A DNA stretch of 64,000 bases from a virus (taxonomy: Duplodnaviria; Caudoviricetes): positions 32,007 to 96,006 of the IMG/VR virus record IMGVR_UViG_3300031993_000037; one strand, given 5' to 3'. The notes beneath the pieces were generated by a model. The model was not told where the DNA came from, did not search any database, and saw only the letters and a program-made list of their open reading frames with translations. Below are positions 11,006 to 21,600 of this stretch, in pieces (position 1 is the first letter of the stretch; each line of letters begins with the position of its first letter). Both the position numbers and the translations under genes were made by a program.

Positions 11006-11168
11006 GATGAACGTTATGATGAAGCAGAATCCACAGGCTTACCAGAAATGGCAGGAAATAACCGGCGGTAAGAATGAAGGAGACCTTCGTCAAACAGCAA
11101 TAAACATGGCAAAAGAACAGGGTGTAGACCTTAAGCAGCTTGCAAATAATTTCGGCATTAAACTTTAG
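10932..11168 (+). CDS. Hypothetical Q/N/M-rich small protein
   Basis: 78-aa ORF preceded by AGGAGG. Confidence 0.6.
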   Translation: MINPFQAMQALSNPNQFLTQQLQNKMNVMMKQNPQAYQKWQEITGGKNEGDLRQTAINMAKEQGVDLKQLANNFGIKL

Positions 11169-11271
11169 TTCATTAATATATTAACTGGGTTAATATTACG
11201 GTATAAAAATTAATGAGAATTAATCGGTAAGTTTTACCGTTTTTTAATACTTAATATAAAAGGAGAATGCT

Positions 11272-11931
11272 ATGACAGTAAGTGATTCAGGTACACCTAT
11301 GGTTATGGGTGGAGACTGCTTTGGTGGCGGTAGCTTTATCTGGGCCTTCTTGATTTTCGCTCTGCTTATGGGTAATGGTGGTTTTGGTTTCGGTGGAAAC
11401 AACGGAAACACAAATGCTATCCAGGCTGATGTAAACAGAGGATTTGACAATCAGAATTTACAGGCACAGACTCGTGACATTCTGACAGCCGTTAATAACG
11501 GAACAGCTCAGAGTGTAGCAAGTACAAACCAGGTTTATCACGACATTGTAAACAATCTCGGCGATAAATATTCTGAACTTGCTCGTGACGTTGCAGGAGT
11601 TAACTCTTCTGTACAGATGGCTATTGCAAACCAGAATGAATGTTGCTGCTCAACAAAGTTGCAGATGTCAGAAGGTTTCGGACAGGTTCGTTTTGACAAT
11701 GCAATGAACACAGCAGCAATCAATGCTACTACTACTGCTCAGACTCAGAAGATTCTCGATGCTCTTGCACAGAACAAAATCGAGGCTCTCCAGGGTAAGG
11801 TAAACCAGCTCGAATTACAGAATGCGATGGCTGGCGTGGTAAGATATCCACTTCAGACAACTTACGGAGCAGGCCCAAGCCCTTTCTGTAACTGCAGCGG
11901 TGCATACAATGGTTATCCATTGTACAGCTAA
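11272..11931 (+). CDS. Gly-rich membrane-anchored coiled-coil protein with ECCC motif
   Basis: GGG-flanked hydrophobic segment FIWAFLIFALL, helical body, NECCCS; strong ribosome-binding site. Confidence 0.65.
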   Translation: MTVSDSGTPMVMGGDCFGGGSFIWAFLIFALLMGNGGFGFGGNNGNTNAIQADVNRGFDNQNLQAQTRDILTAVNNGTAQSVASTNQVYHDIVNNLGDKYSELARDVAGVNSSVQMAIANQNECCCSTKLQMSEGFGQVRFDNAMNTAAINATTTAQTQKILDALAQNKIEALQGKVNQLELQNAMAGVVRYPLQTTYGAGPSPFCNCSGAYNGYPLYS

Positions 11932-12050
11932 TTAGTGGAAATTTCCTCTAATTACCTTTATTTTCCCTTTTTAGGTTGACAATTCCATTCGTATGAATGT
12001 TGACATACAGGGGAGTGTAACAGCTCCCCATTTTTATTAGAGGTGACAAT

Positions 12051-12383
12051 ATGTGTTGTGACCCAAATATTGCTCAGATAAGAGCAACCTCTGTTGCAGT
12101 TGCCGCAGGAGTAGCGACAATTACCGTACCAACAACAGCAGAATTTAATGCAGGTGATATCGTTGATATTCAGTTGTTTACATCAATTCCAGACGGAACT
12201 GATGGTGCTCAACTTGTAATAACAAATGGAACAACATCTGCTTCTGTAATGAATGGCAATGGTAATTATCTCAGATTCTACCCACTGACAAGTCGTACTG
12301 TACTGCGAGTACAATTCTTGCAGGACCCTACACACTTTCAGATTATCAATGTCTTCGGAAGGAAGATAAAGAGGTATGCATGA
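12051..12383 (+). CDS. Hypothetical beta-rich protein
   Basis: 110-aa ORF preceded by GAGGTG. Confidence 0.6.
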   Translation: MCCDPNIAQIRATSVAVAAGVATITVPTTAEFNAGDIVDIQLFTSIPDGTDGAQLVITNGTTSASVMNGNGNYLRFYPLTSRTVLRVQFLQDPTHFQIINVFGRKIKRYA

Positions 12384-12766
12384 AAGATGCTGTAAAAGAA
12401 TTGAGAAAAGATTTCAAAGAAATCTTATCCAACATAGACTTTAAGGAGTATGATCCATATTCCAAAAAGTTTATGACGGCAGGGTTTGTTGGTCAGATGT
12501 GGTTTCTTGTAAAGACTTTATGTGAAGATGATGATGTCGAGGAAGAAATTGATGGAGCAAGAACTTATTTCGAAAAGTATCTCGAGACTAATGATGTTCA
12601 ATATCGGGATATGGCAAGAGATGAGCTGCGACACGCCGGCATCCTTATTAAGAAACATTCAGAGTGGGCTGATGATGAAAAACAGGAACTCCTTGATAAA
12701 CACGAGGAAGAACGACAGGAACTTATGAAAGCCATTGATAAAACAATGACAAAGGTAACAGAGTAG
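12380..12766 (+). CDS. Ferritin-like helical protein (putative)
   Basis: EEEIDGA..Y and DELRHA (ExxH) motifs. Confidence 0.45.
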   Translation: MKDAVKELRKDFKEILSNIDFKEYDPYSKKFMTAGFVGQMWFLVKTLCEDDDVEEEIDGARTYFEKYLETNDVQYRDMARDELRHAGILIKKHSEWADDEKQELLDKHEEERQELMKAIDKTMTKVTE

Positions 12767-12774
12767 GAGGACAT

Positions 12775-13170
12775 ATGCAGGTAACTAAAAGACATATCGT
12801 TGATGGTGTTGTTAAATTCATTGATGACACGTTGATACCTGAGACCTATGATGGACAGTTGAGATTTGTTCTTTCAATGATGAAAGATACAATTAAGAAA
12901 AGACCGGAGATAGTGGATACATTCCTGGAAAACCCAGTTATATCTTCTTCTATAATAGAAGAAGATGAAATGTACGAAATAGGTCACTTTGTAAATACTA
13001 TGAGAAATATTCTCGAAGAGTGTGAGTGCTATCCGATTACAGTTCCAGAAGTACCACTGTTTTCTCCGCAGAAAAAGACGGTCAAAATCACAGCTTCTGA
13101 TTTCGAAACACTTGTGAATGACATTCGTGGTGAAGAACCGGTTTCTGAATCTGCAGCAGAAGAAGAGTAA
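12775..13170 (+). CDS. Hypothetical protein
   Basis: 131-aa ORF preceded by AGGAGG; converges on the integrase. Confidence 0.6.
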   Translation: MQVTKRHIVDGVVKFIDDTLIPETYDGQLRFVLSMMKDTIKKRPEIVDTFLENPVISSSIIEEDEMYEIGHFVNTMRNILEECECYPITVPEVPLFSPQKKTVKITASDFETLVNDIRGEEPVSESAAEEE

Positions 13171-14445
13171 TTATAATTTAATGTTACTCACAACGTTACC
13201 AAAGAGCTTTTGCTGAGCATCTGTAATTTGTTTCATATCAGACTCGATGTGATGATTTTCATAGTGCTCAAGCATTTCAATCGTCTTATGACCTGTCTGC
13301 GATTGTAAAGCTCTTTGGTTTACGTTGTCACTCATATAAGCTGCGTAGAAGTGTCTCCAGGAATGAAAACAATACTGTTTCGCTTCTTCTTTTGAAAATC
13401 CGATTTTGCATAATTGTTCACGCAAGTCTAATGCAAGTTTCTTTACATCCATTGGCTGATCTGATTTAATTCCACCCCAGAACACAAAAGAATTCATATT
13501 ATCACCTACTGGATTGATAGATAAAAGCCATAGCATTTTTTGAGTAATAAGAGGGAAGGGAAAGTAAACTGTTCGTGTTTCTCCATTCTTCGGAGTCTTC
13601 AAACCTTCAAGCCTGTTATAAGAATGTTTTACATAGATGCATCCATCACCGAGGTCCTGTTTTCTTAATGCCAGTATTTCACCAGCTCTCATACCAGTGA
13701 GCATTGCAACCAGGTTTGCTAACTGAGACCGTTCATCTTTCCATTTTGTACTGAATAATAACTCAGCAACTTCCATAGTAAGAATTTTACGTTCTTTTAG
13801 ATTTGTTGAAAATGTAACTATGCCGGATGTAATATCACGTTCAAGTAACTCGTCATTAAATGCCCATCTTAAAGCAATTGAACCTGAGCGATATATTTTT
13901 AATTTTCTGCTATTACTTAAAGGTAGAGTATCTAAAAAAGAAACAAAATCTTTAAGTTCTCTTTTTGTAATATCTCCTAAACATTTATCCTTAAAAAATG
14001 GCTGCCAATGAGCAATAATATTTCTTTGGCTTTCTCCTATATATCCGATGCCAATATGTTTATTCATTCTGACTTTTTCTTTTAAATAAGGAGATTTTTC
14101 AAAATCCCAGAAATCTATAAGAAACTGAATAAGAGAAATAGCACTCTCAGTTTCTTTGATGGTATAACTTTTTAATATTCCCCGTCTCGAAAGAATATCA
14201 AGCATTGATTTTATTTCATCATCATTAAGTTCTGCAGTTTTTAATTGTTCAATCGTAGAAGCCTTTTTGATTTCTGTTTCATTATACATCGCCCAGGCTT
14301 TTGCGATTGCTTTTGATTTTACAGTTTCTTTTGTTGATTTTGCAGAGAAGTATTTAATAGAAGATTTTGTATCAGGGTTCTTAAATCTAACCTGATAGTA
14401 AGGTGATGACTTTCTTTTAGAAAGAATAAAAGGTGTTTCAGACAT
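13171..14445 (-). CDS. int: Tyrosine recombinase (phage integrase)
   Basis: TGMRAGEILAL (R), KTPK (K), FHSWRH (HxxR), GHKT...EHY (H, Y). Confidence 0.95.
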   Translation of the reverse strand: MSETPFILSKRKSSPYYQVRFKNPDTKSSIKYFSAKSTKETVKSKAIAKAWAMYNETEIKKASTIEQLKTAELNDDEIKSMLDILSRRGILKSYTIKETESAISLIQFLIDFWDFEKSPYLKEKVRMNKHIGIGYIGESQRNIIAHWQPFFKDKCLGDITKRELKDFVSFLDTLPLSNSRKLKIYRSGSIALRWAFNDELLERDITSGIVTFSTNLKERKILTMEVAELLFSTKWKDERSQLANLVAMLTGMRAGEILALRKQDLGDGCIYVKHSYNRLEGLKTPKNGETRTVYFPFPLITQKMLWLLSINPVGDNMNSFVFWGGIKSDQPMDVKKLALDLREQLCKIGFSKEEAKQYCFHSWRHFYAAYMSDNVNQRALQSQTGHKTIEMLEHYENHHIESDMKQITDAQQKLFGNVVSNIKL

Positions 14446-14463
14446 AAATTTACTCCAAAAGTT

Positions 14464-14766
14464 ATGTTACACTTTTGTGTGACACTTGAGATTTTCGGCT
14501 AAACTTATATCATTCCACTCCCACAGTGGATATTGTAAATCTATAGATTATATAGAATTACAATATTGCGACTGGCACGATTCGAACGTGCTACCTACGG
14601 ATTCGAAGTGTGACAATGATACAGTTAATAACCGTTATTACTGGCTACCTACGGTTATTTAAGCCTTTTTTAAACATATTAAGTCTGAATGTTACACTTG
14701 TCAAGGTAATAGAGGATATGTAAGGGTAAGTGAGGATATTTAAAATGTTACACTTTGTGTGACACT
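14464..14766. other. attP region with arm-type repeats
   Basis: ATGTTACACTTT(T)GTGTGACACT at 14464-14486 and 14745-14766, partial ATGTTACACT at 14689, flanking a tRNA 3'-half core, next to int. Confidence 0.8.
14567..14608 (-). pseudogene. 3' half of tRNA-Arg(UCG), the attP core
   Basis: Minus strand reads CTTCGAA-TCCGT-AGGTA-GCACG-TTCGAAT-CGTGC-CAGTCGC-A: anticodon loop, T-arm and acceptor 3' strand; no 5' half. Confidence 0.85.
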
Positions 14767-15007
14767 ATTTAAGGTGAAGGTTTTCTTTAATATTGATTGT
14801 TTCGATTTCTACAACGAAGCCTTTCTGTTCAAGAAGTCTTTTAACCTCATAAACTTTGTCTTGGCTTGGTGAAGAAAATACTTTAAGGGCATAATGATCT
14901 CCTCGGGAGAACACATAACCTTTAAGTCCATAACGATTTAGTTTGGCAACATCATCTTTAGAGATAGCTGGACTTTCGTAATGTCCTACATAAACGCAAT
15001 ACATCAT
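14765..15007 (-). CDS. Small SPOR-like domain protein
   Basis: Y-x-V-x-VG...YALKVFSS..DKV...L..KGF pattern; start moved to MMYCV (GGAG site). Confidence 0.5.
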   Translation of the reverse strand: MMYCVYVGHYESPAISKDDVAKLNRYGLKGYVFSRGDHYALKVFSSPSQDKVYEVKRLLEQKGFVVEIETINIKENLHLK

Positions 15008-15032
15008 AGCTGTGTTCTCCCGATAGAAATAA

Positions 15033-15359
15033 TTAAGCCTTTTTCTTCCAGAATGTAGCAACAAGTCCTGCAATCAAAGCTACCAGACCAGCAACTGCTG
15101 TGGCAATCTGAATTGCAACATCTTTTGAAACACCTGCAATAGCAAGGAAGATTGCTGAAACAACGAAACAAATAACACAGATTGCTTCTTTCCAACCTTT
15201 CTTCTCTGCTTTCTTCCACACACCGATAATGGTGAGAACGGTTCCAAGTACCTCTCCAAAGATACCGATGTAAGAAGCAAATGGAATCGATGTGAAGTTA
15301 GCGATAGCGGCTCCGGCTACCAAGGCAATTACGCCAAAAATTGTACAGAAATTTTTCAT
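15033..15359 (-). CDS. Multi-TM membrane protein (holin/antiholin-like)
   Basis: 3-4 hydrophobic helices, basic C-terminus, in the lysis cluster. Confidence 0.55.
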   Translation of the reverse strand: MKNFCTIFGVIALVAGAAIANFTSIPFASYIGIFGEVLGTVLTIIGVWKKAEKKGWKEAICVICFVVSAIFLAIAGVSKDVAIQIATAVAGLVALIAGLVATFWKKKA

Positions 15360-15373
15360 AAGAATTTCCTCCG

Positions 15374-15637
15374 TTATTTTATTTCGACAATACTGTCGTT
15401 ATAACCTTTTAATATTCCTTTTACATCTTCAGCCCATTGTTCCCAGAGCTGGACCAGATGTTCATACTGATTTATTCTTTCAGCCATATCAGCAACAGAA
15501 TGTACTTCTGGCATTTCTACTCGTTCTGGTTCAGGCGGAAGAACAATTTCGGCTTTAGGCTTACTTACGCACCCTGGCATTGTTAGCAGCAATAACAGTG
15601 TTAACAACATCAAAAATCTCTTCGTCCGTTTTCGCAT
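15374..15637 (-). CDS. o-spanin (Rz1-like lipoprotein)
   Basis: Basic N-terminus, Leu-rich stretch, MPGC lipobox-like Cys, Pro-rich segment; overlaps the i-spanin-like gene. Confidence 0.7.
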   Translation of the reverse strand: MRKRTKRFLMLLTLLLLLTMPGCVSKPKAEIVLPPEPERVEMPEVHSVADMAERINQYEHLVQLWEQWAEDVKGILKGYNDSIVEIK

Positions 15638-15854
15638 TTTTTATCTCCTCTGAAACTTTCTTTTCATCTTTCTCAATCTTCGCAATTTCTTTGGCATTTC
15701 GATAAAGATATGCAATGTTCGTCTTTGCTTGTTCAAGTTCGCCCTCAAGCCTTTTGTTCTCTTTTTTAAGAGAACTCATAGTTTTAAAAATGATTACCAG
15801 AATGAGAATCAGTACTATAATTACGGCAGCTTCAATCAGTAGGACCTTCAGCAT
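15561..15854 (-). CDS. i-spanin (Rz-like)
   Basis: N-terminal TM helix followed by coiled coil; overlaps the lipoprotein gene. Confidence 0.7.
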   Translation of the reverse strand: MLKVLLIEAAVIIVLILILVIIFKTMSSLKKENKRLEGELEQAKTNIAYLYRNAKEIAKIEKDEKKVSEEIKNAKTDEEIFDVVNTVIAANNARVRK

Positions 15855-16113
15855 CTTCTACCTCCGACTTAAGTAACTTTTCTGCAAAAGCAAGTCCAAC
15901 TTTCTGACCAACATTTACACCAAGATACATCATTGAAATAGCAAAAAACCAGGAAAGAGCTTTCTCGGCTAATGAAACAAGACTGTCAACAATTTGTTTT
16001 GTAGCAATCATAACTACAGCACACCAAGCAATTACGAGAAGTGTAATGATGAGCCATGTCAACCAGACTACAAACTTACGGCTGTCTGTTTTTTTAGTTT
16101 CTTTTTCTTCCAT
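15832..16113 (-). CDS. Holin-like two-TM protein
   Basis: SRKF followed by two TM helices; adjacent to the spanin-like genes. Confidence 0.6.
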   Translation of the reverse strand: MEEKETKKTDSRKFVVWLTWLIITLLVIAWCAVVMIATKQIVDSLVSLAEKALSWFFAISMMYLGVNVGQKVGLAFAEKLLKSEVEDAEGPTD

Positions 16114-16124
16114 ATATACTCCAT

Positions 16125-16637
16125 TTATTTCCCACTGCTATCACCGTAAAGAACCTTTACATTTACAAGGCGTTCAATTAATTCTTTTACCCAATTTTCA
16201 ACACGCACCTTAAACTCTGGTGTTTTGAAGTCATCGTTAATTGGCTGAGCATAAATAAGATTTAATATAGTATCCTGTTTATCCTGAATGTAGAGTTGAT
16301 TCATTGTGATGTGATTAAACATTATCCACTCAATAACTTTGTCGTAGACTCTTTCGAGAATATACTTTGCAAAATATTCGTTGTATTGTGTTTCTGTGGA
16401 AACAAGTTTTCCTTCTATACTCATAATGAAATCATGTGCGACTTCAATTTGTCTTCTAATCAATTCACGATCAGATATCTTGTTTCCGATGTGTACATGT
16501 TTTGTATTGATGTGTAACAATCCGGCTTTACCAAGCTTTATAGCAAGGTAAATAATAATCAAAACAAGGATACCGATTGTAATCAGCAGCTTTGGACCAT
16601 TTTCAGAAGTAAGTGTTTTTGACAGACTTTCCCACAT
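16125..16637 (-). CDS. Single-TM hypothetical protein
   Basis: N-terminal TM helix; 170 aa. Confidence 0.6.
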   Translation of the reverse strand: MWESLSKTLTSENGPKLLITIGILVLIIIYLAIKLGKAGLLHINTKHVHIGNKISDRELIRRQIEVAHDFIMSIEGKLVSTETQYNEYFAKYILERVYDKVIEWIMFNHITMNQLYIQDKQDTILNLIYAQPINDDFKTPEFKVRVENWVKELIERLVNVKVLYGDSSGK

Positions 16638-16646
16638 AATGTACTC

Positions 16647-17057
16647 CTATACAACTTTGAATACACGACATGATATAATCTTTCCATTTGCAACCGTATT
16701 AGATTTTTGGAGAGAGTGAAAATCATCACTGTCAAAATGAATGAAAGAACCGTTCTGCCATTCATTAATTATGTATTCATTTTTTTTCGCTTTGTAAGAA
16801 GGAGACTCTTTGGTGTACAGCCAGCGTTTACCAGTGAAGAGTTCAAGAATATCTGCATGTTTATTGATCAGGAAGTTTTTTTTATCTGTGAGGTCATTCC
16901 AGTTTAAGTAAATAAAACCTTTAAGAGAACATAACCAGGCTGCAGTTTCGATGTCGATTTTGTGACCGGAATGTCTCTCAGCAATATTTAAAAGCTGTAA
17001 AAAGAAACAGGCTTCATTTCCGAGACAAAGATAAACTGACTGAATTCCGTTCTGCAT
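16647..17057 (-). CDS. Putative papain-fold (C39/DUF261-like) peptidase; endolysin candidate
   Basis: IQ...GNEACFFLQLL and a later HF motif; first gene of the lysis cluster. Confidence 0.4.
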   Translation of the reverse strand: MQNGIQSVYLCLGNEACFFLQLLNIAERHSGHKIDIETAAWLCSLKGFIYLNWNDLTDKKNFLINKHADILELFTGKRWLYTKESPSYKAKKNEYIINEWQNGSFIHFDSDDFHSLQKSNTVANGKIISCRVFKVV

Positions 17058-17118
17058 AACGACCTCTTAAGGTCATTATGCGTTAGAAAAAAGATGAGAT
17101 TAAAAAGGGTGGGTTAAA

Positions 17119-17832
17119 TTAAACTGCCTCAGGACAATTTTCTCTCTGAGGGCAAGACTTCTTACAAGGCTTACCACATCTTCCAATTTTTATACCTAAT
17201 TCCGTAGTGTACATTGAAAGCAGCTCTGCAGTTGTTTCGCACAAATTACGTTCACGAGCAGATTTAATCTTTGCAGTGATAGTTTGTGGTGAATATAAAT
17301 CAATTTCTTTTTGCATTTTTCCTTCAATAAGTTCGTTCAAAATCATGCGTTCATCATCTGTAAGTTTCAGTGTTGCTGCAGGTTTTACATTGAACAACCA
17401 TTCTTTATAGAAGTTGTACATAAGCCAATAGCAAATCTGGAATCCGGCAGATGTAGACGGCAATCTTTGCATATTGAAAGAGCATAACATATTCAACATA
17501 AATATAACTGTAGCCTGCGGTTTTATTTTTGGAAAAGCACTGTATGCAATTACCAGAAAAAATACGGACCCATAATTATAAAACGAGTTTACATATACAA
17601 GAGAGCAAGCGTATGTGAGAATAGCAAATGCAAAGCCTTTTCTCCCGAATAAAACAGATGTAAGTATAATCAAAGCACATCCGGCAACTCTCAGATCGGC
17701 ATGATAATGAATATTATATTGACCGGTAGTCATTATGTGTAAAGCAATAAGTACCAAATGCGTAAGTAAGATACGACCAAGGTATTTTTCTTTCTTTATG
17801 TTTTCTATTCGGCTTTTAATCCATTTGAACAT
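17119..17832 (-). CDS. Membrane protein with C-terminal LuxR-like HTH
   Basis: About 5 TM helices then LTDDERMILNELIEGKMQKEI...TI. Confidence 0.65.
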   Translation of the reverse strand: MFKWIKSRIENIKKEKYLGRILLTHLVLIALHIMTTGQYNIHYHADLRVAGCALIILTSVLFGRKGFAFAILTYACSLVYVNSFYNYGSVFFLVIAYSAFPKIKPQATVIFMLNMLCSFNMQRLPSTSAGFQICYWLMYNFYKEWLFNVKPAATLKLTDDERMILNELIEGKMQKEIDLYSPQTITAKIKSARERNLCETTAELLSMYTTELGIKIGRCGKPCKKSCPQRENCPEAV

Positions 17833-17850
17833 TTACTTTCTCCTTTATTA

Positions 17851-18168
17851 CTATTTGGAAAACACAGTGTTTTTTGTAGTAGTTTGAACTAAGCTGAAAA
17901 CATAATGAATGAAATATTTATAATAAATATTATCATCACTGCGTTTTCCCAGCTTTTCTTCAAGAACTTTATCCCAGAATGTATCTGGACTCATTGGATT
18001 TGATAATGAATATATTTGATTTAAAAGACGCTTGTCTAATGTTGGCTGCTTCTTGCTTTCAGAAACCTTAAAAGCAATTTGTCCTTCTCCTTTACAGTTT
18101 TTACACTCTCTACCTAAGAACTCTCCTGTACCATTGCAGAAGTCACAATTTACATAAACAATTCGCAT
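17851..18168 (-). CDS. DnaJ-type zinc-finger small protein
   Basis: CDFCNGTG and CKNCKGEG. Confidence 0.65.
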   Translation of the reverse strand: MRIVYVNCDFCNGTGEFLGRECKNCKGEGQIAFKVSESKKQPTLDKRLLNQIYSLSNPMSPDTFWDKVLEEKLGKRSDDNIYYKYFIHYVFSLVQTTTKNTVFSK

Positions 18169-18362
18169 TTATAACACCTCATTATTTATTTATCGGTTAA
18201 AGGAGTTATAAAATGAAGGGCATACAACCACCTTATCTTTTCCACGATTACAGCAAACTGTATCCAGGCAATCTTTGCAATTGTGAGTTGTATTATTTAT
18301 CAAACTTGCTGATATTGGATAACTATCTTTGATTTTATCAATAGATTTATCGTTTGTAAAAA

Positions 18363-18629
18363 TCATTTATTCCTCCTTGTTTCAGCATGATGTTTTGCAT
18401 CATATCTTAGGTGACATGGTGCACAATACGCTTGTAAGTTTTCATCAGCACAGTTCATTGGATTATGATCTTTATGAGAAACTGTAAGAGTTCGTTTATG
18501 TGTATCAAACGGCTCTCCAGGTTTACGACATTGTTTTCCACAGTTTTCACATTTCCAACCAACACTTTCTTTTTTACGAAAAGCAATTTGTTTCCAGTCT
18601 GGCGGATAATCTTTCCAATTTACAGGCAT
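18363..18629 (-). CDS. HNH endonuclease-like protein
   Basis: CENCG...LTVSHKDHNPMN...NLQAYCAPCH. Confidence 0.8.
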   Translation of the reverse strand: MPVNWKDYPPDWKQIAFRKKESVGWKCENCGKQCRKPGEPFDTHKRTLTVSHKDHNPMNCADENLQAYCAPCHLRYDAKHHAETRRNK

Positions 18630-21600
18630 TTACTCCTCCAACATTCCACAAGGTGAACCGTCTGGAAAAGTATATTCATTAAACAGTTCTTTCATTGAAT
18701 ACCAACGGTCAAAGATATAAACAGCAAGGTTCTGATTTCCTGTAATCAAAAACTCATTAGAACAACATTTATCAACTACCCAAAGCAGCTTAGTTCCAGT
18801 GATGCTCATAAGTTCATTAAAATCTTTGAATGGTCGGTAATGCTTTTCTTCAAACTCTCTTTTAAGGTTTATTTTTTGACACGCTTTTTTATGTGTTTTA
18901 CCAGATGCTATATGACAAAATTGAAATCTAGTACATTCATAGCAATAATGAGTTTCAGAAACAGAACCACTTACACTTAAAACTCCACCTTCAACTCTAT
19001 TTTCTCCTGTGTTCTGTTCGATTGTGTAGTTTTCTTCTGGCTTGATGCGGTAGTCTGTTGAATCAGAGATTATATCATCACAAATTGTTTGCAGTTCCAA
19101 GTTTTCGTCTCTATCAATCCAAGTGACTCCGTTAAATGAATACTGAATCCTTTTTCCTTCTGCTATTGCTTGAATAATCGGCAACAGTTTCTTTGCTTTT
19201 TCCTGCTCTGTCATTTTATCAACCCCTTCTTTTTAAGTTCTTCTCTTGTTATAGTTCTGTGTTCAATTTCAATTTTGAATCCTTCTTCTGAAACAAACAG
19301 CGGTTCAAATAGTATAAACAACCAAAGCAGGAACTCGCAAAACAAGTTTCTTTCTACAACCTCATTATGTTCTGGTTGGAAATAAATAGGTATCTTGTGA
19401 AGTTTTGCATAATAGAAAATATCTTGTTTGTCCATTTCTATTCACTCTCCTTTAGTTCTGGAAGTACAATTTCTTTCCAAGCGATAGCATCGCACCCTGC
19501 TTCCCACGCCTTATGTTTTGGAGAGTATCTACCTACGCACATTCTCCATTCTTCGCCCGAATAAACTAAAACATCATTTTCGTCTTTCGGTAAATCTCCG
19601 TCTTTCACATAATGCCATTCATCTTTAATCGGACAGTCTGATATGGTGGTTACATTCAGCCTTGCTTTTGCACATTCTTCAAAACCTTTCTTATAGCCTG
19701 TTCTATAGGCTAACATTCTGTCAGTCATACGGCTATCTTCCGTTCCGTTTCTTGACTTTGCATACTCATAAACTTCTTTATCAAGTTCTTTATTATCTAA
19801 CCAATGCTGATTCAGATAGTCTATTTCTTCGTGTGCTAAGTTATATCCGTATTCAGCACCTTTTTGATATGCTTCCTCAATTCTGATATATTCGGGCTTA
19901 TCATCTTCCTTATGATGTAATTCTAAATCTTTGACGTGATACAGCCACTTATTTGCATATTCTTTAGATTCTTTCTCAAACATAGTTACTCCTTATTATA
20001 TTATCTTCAAGTGAAGTTACTCTGCTATTCAGTTGTGTTATCTGATAAGCCAACATCTGAATTGTCTTATCCCATTCTTCTCTCTGTTTTTTATCTTGTT
20101 TTCTAAAATGTAAAGCCAAAACAAAATCAACCATAACTTTAATAAATAATAAAACTTCCATTACTGCAATAATTCCTAAAAATACTACTATCATTTCTCC
20201 ACCTCGCTAATCTTCATAATCTTCTTCTAAGATTTCTTCACACTTAGCAATTACATCATCTAATTCGTGATTAAGTACATACTCTGCTAATTCTATTACT
20301 GTCATTTCTCCACCTCGCTATGTTCTCTAACAATTCTCATTGTTTCTTTGTTTTCGGGGTCGTTTACAACTATCAAGGCATCATAAACAGTTTTACAATT
20401 AGGACAAGTAATTGTTTCCATAGGCTTCATTTCTAAACCCCATTTATGACCGCATTTCTCACATTCTGCTCTTACTGTCATTTTCCACCTCGCTATTTAA
20501 GAATTGCTCTGCTTCTGCAAGTATTTCATCTTGTCGCTTTACATCGTCTTTTGTTACAACAGGACTGAAATATAATGCTTTAAGTTTTTTAATTATCTCG
20601 GTTGCTTTGGTGAGTTGGTCGTTTACTTCACCATATTTTCTAACCGCTTCTTTATGCAAAACATCAAGGGTGTGGATTGTGTTTTCTTTGGCTTTCAGTT
20701 CTGCATTTTCCTTTTCAAGTTCGGCTACCTTATTTTTATAAGAACGCATTTCGTTATAGTAGTTTTCACAAGACTGCTGAATATCCTTATTTTCTTTTTC
20801 AAGTTTCCTAATCTCATTATCCCTGCCTTCTAACTGATAGTCTGCATTGGCAAGTTTATCTTCAAGTTCGGCTATTTGCTTTTCAAGTGCCTCACATCTA
20901 TTTTCTGTATACCGTTGTATTTCTTCTGCCCTTGCTATTCTATCTTTCATTTCGTCTATATTCATTTTTCTTTTATCTCCTTAATTCCCATTCATCTTTG
21001 CAGTTTATACAGTCGCAATAAGTCAAATCACATTTAGCGTCATAACACCCACCCGTATTGACGTGGTATAAATGTTTGCAATTTCCCCCGCATTTCATTT
21101 TTTCAATCTGTGCTTCAAGTTCGGCTATCCGCTTTTCTCTTGGCTCGGCACCTGCGAGATAGGCTTGCACGCAGTTCTCTTGCTCTTTCCAACCTTTCGT
21201 GTAAAACCTTGCTTCTTTTTCAAGTTCTTCTGTCATACTTACTCCTTAAACTGTGGGATTTCACACCAAGCGATAATTTTTTGACAGGTAGACCACCCAT
21301 CAAAGTTATCTTCTGAACTTTCAACCTCATAATATTCAAAACTTCTGTATAAACTACCGTCACTTTCTGTTATTGCAATAACCTCAGTTTCGTATTCTGG
21401 TAAATCATTCGGGTCTTTTCTCAAATCGTGCCACTGGACACCGTTCTCAGTTGCTCCTGCGATATAAGCATTATCTAAATCTCTAAGATATAATTCATAC
21501 CACCCATCTTTGATTCTGAATGGGTTTGGATTTTCAATACGTCTTGTTGCTTTAGATTGTGTTTCAATTACAACACCATCTCTTTCAATACAAGTTATGC

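Noticed and set aside
14567-14608. Functional tRNA-Arg gene
   Set aside because: The 5' acceptor strand and D-arm are missing; it is better explained as the attP core.
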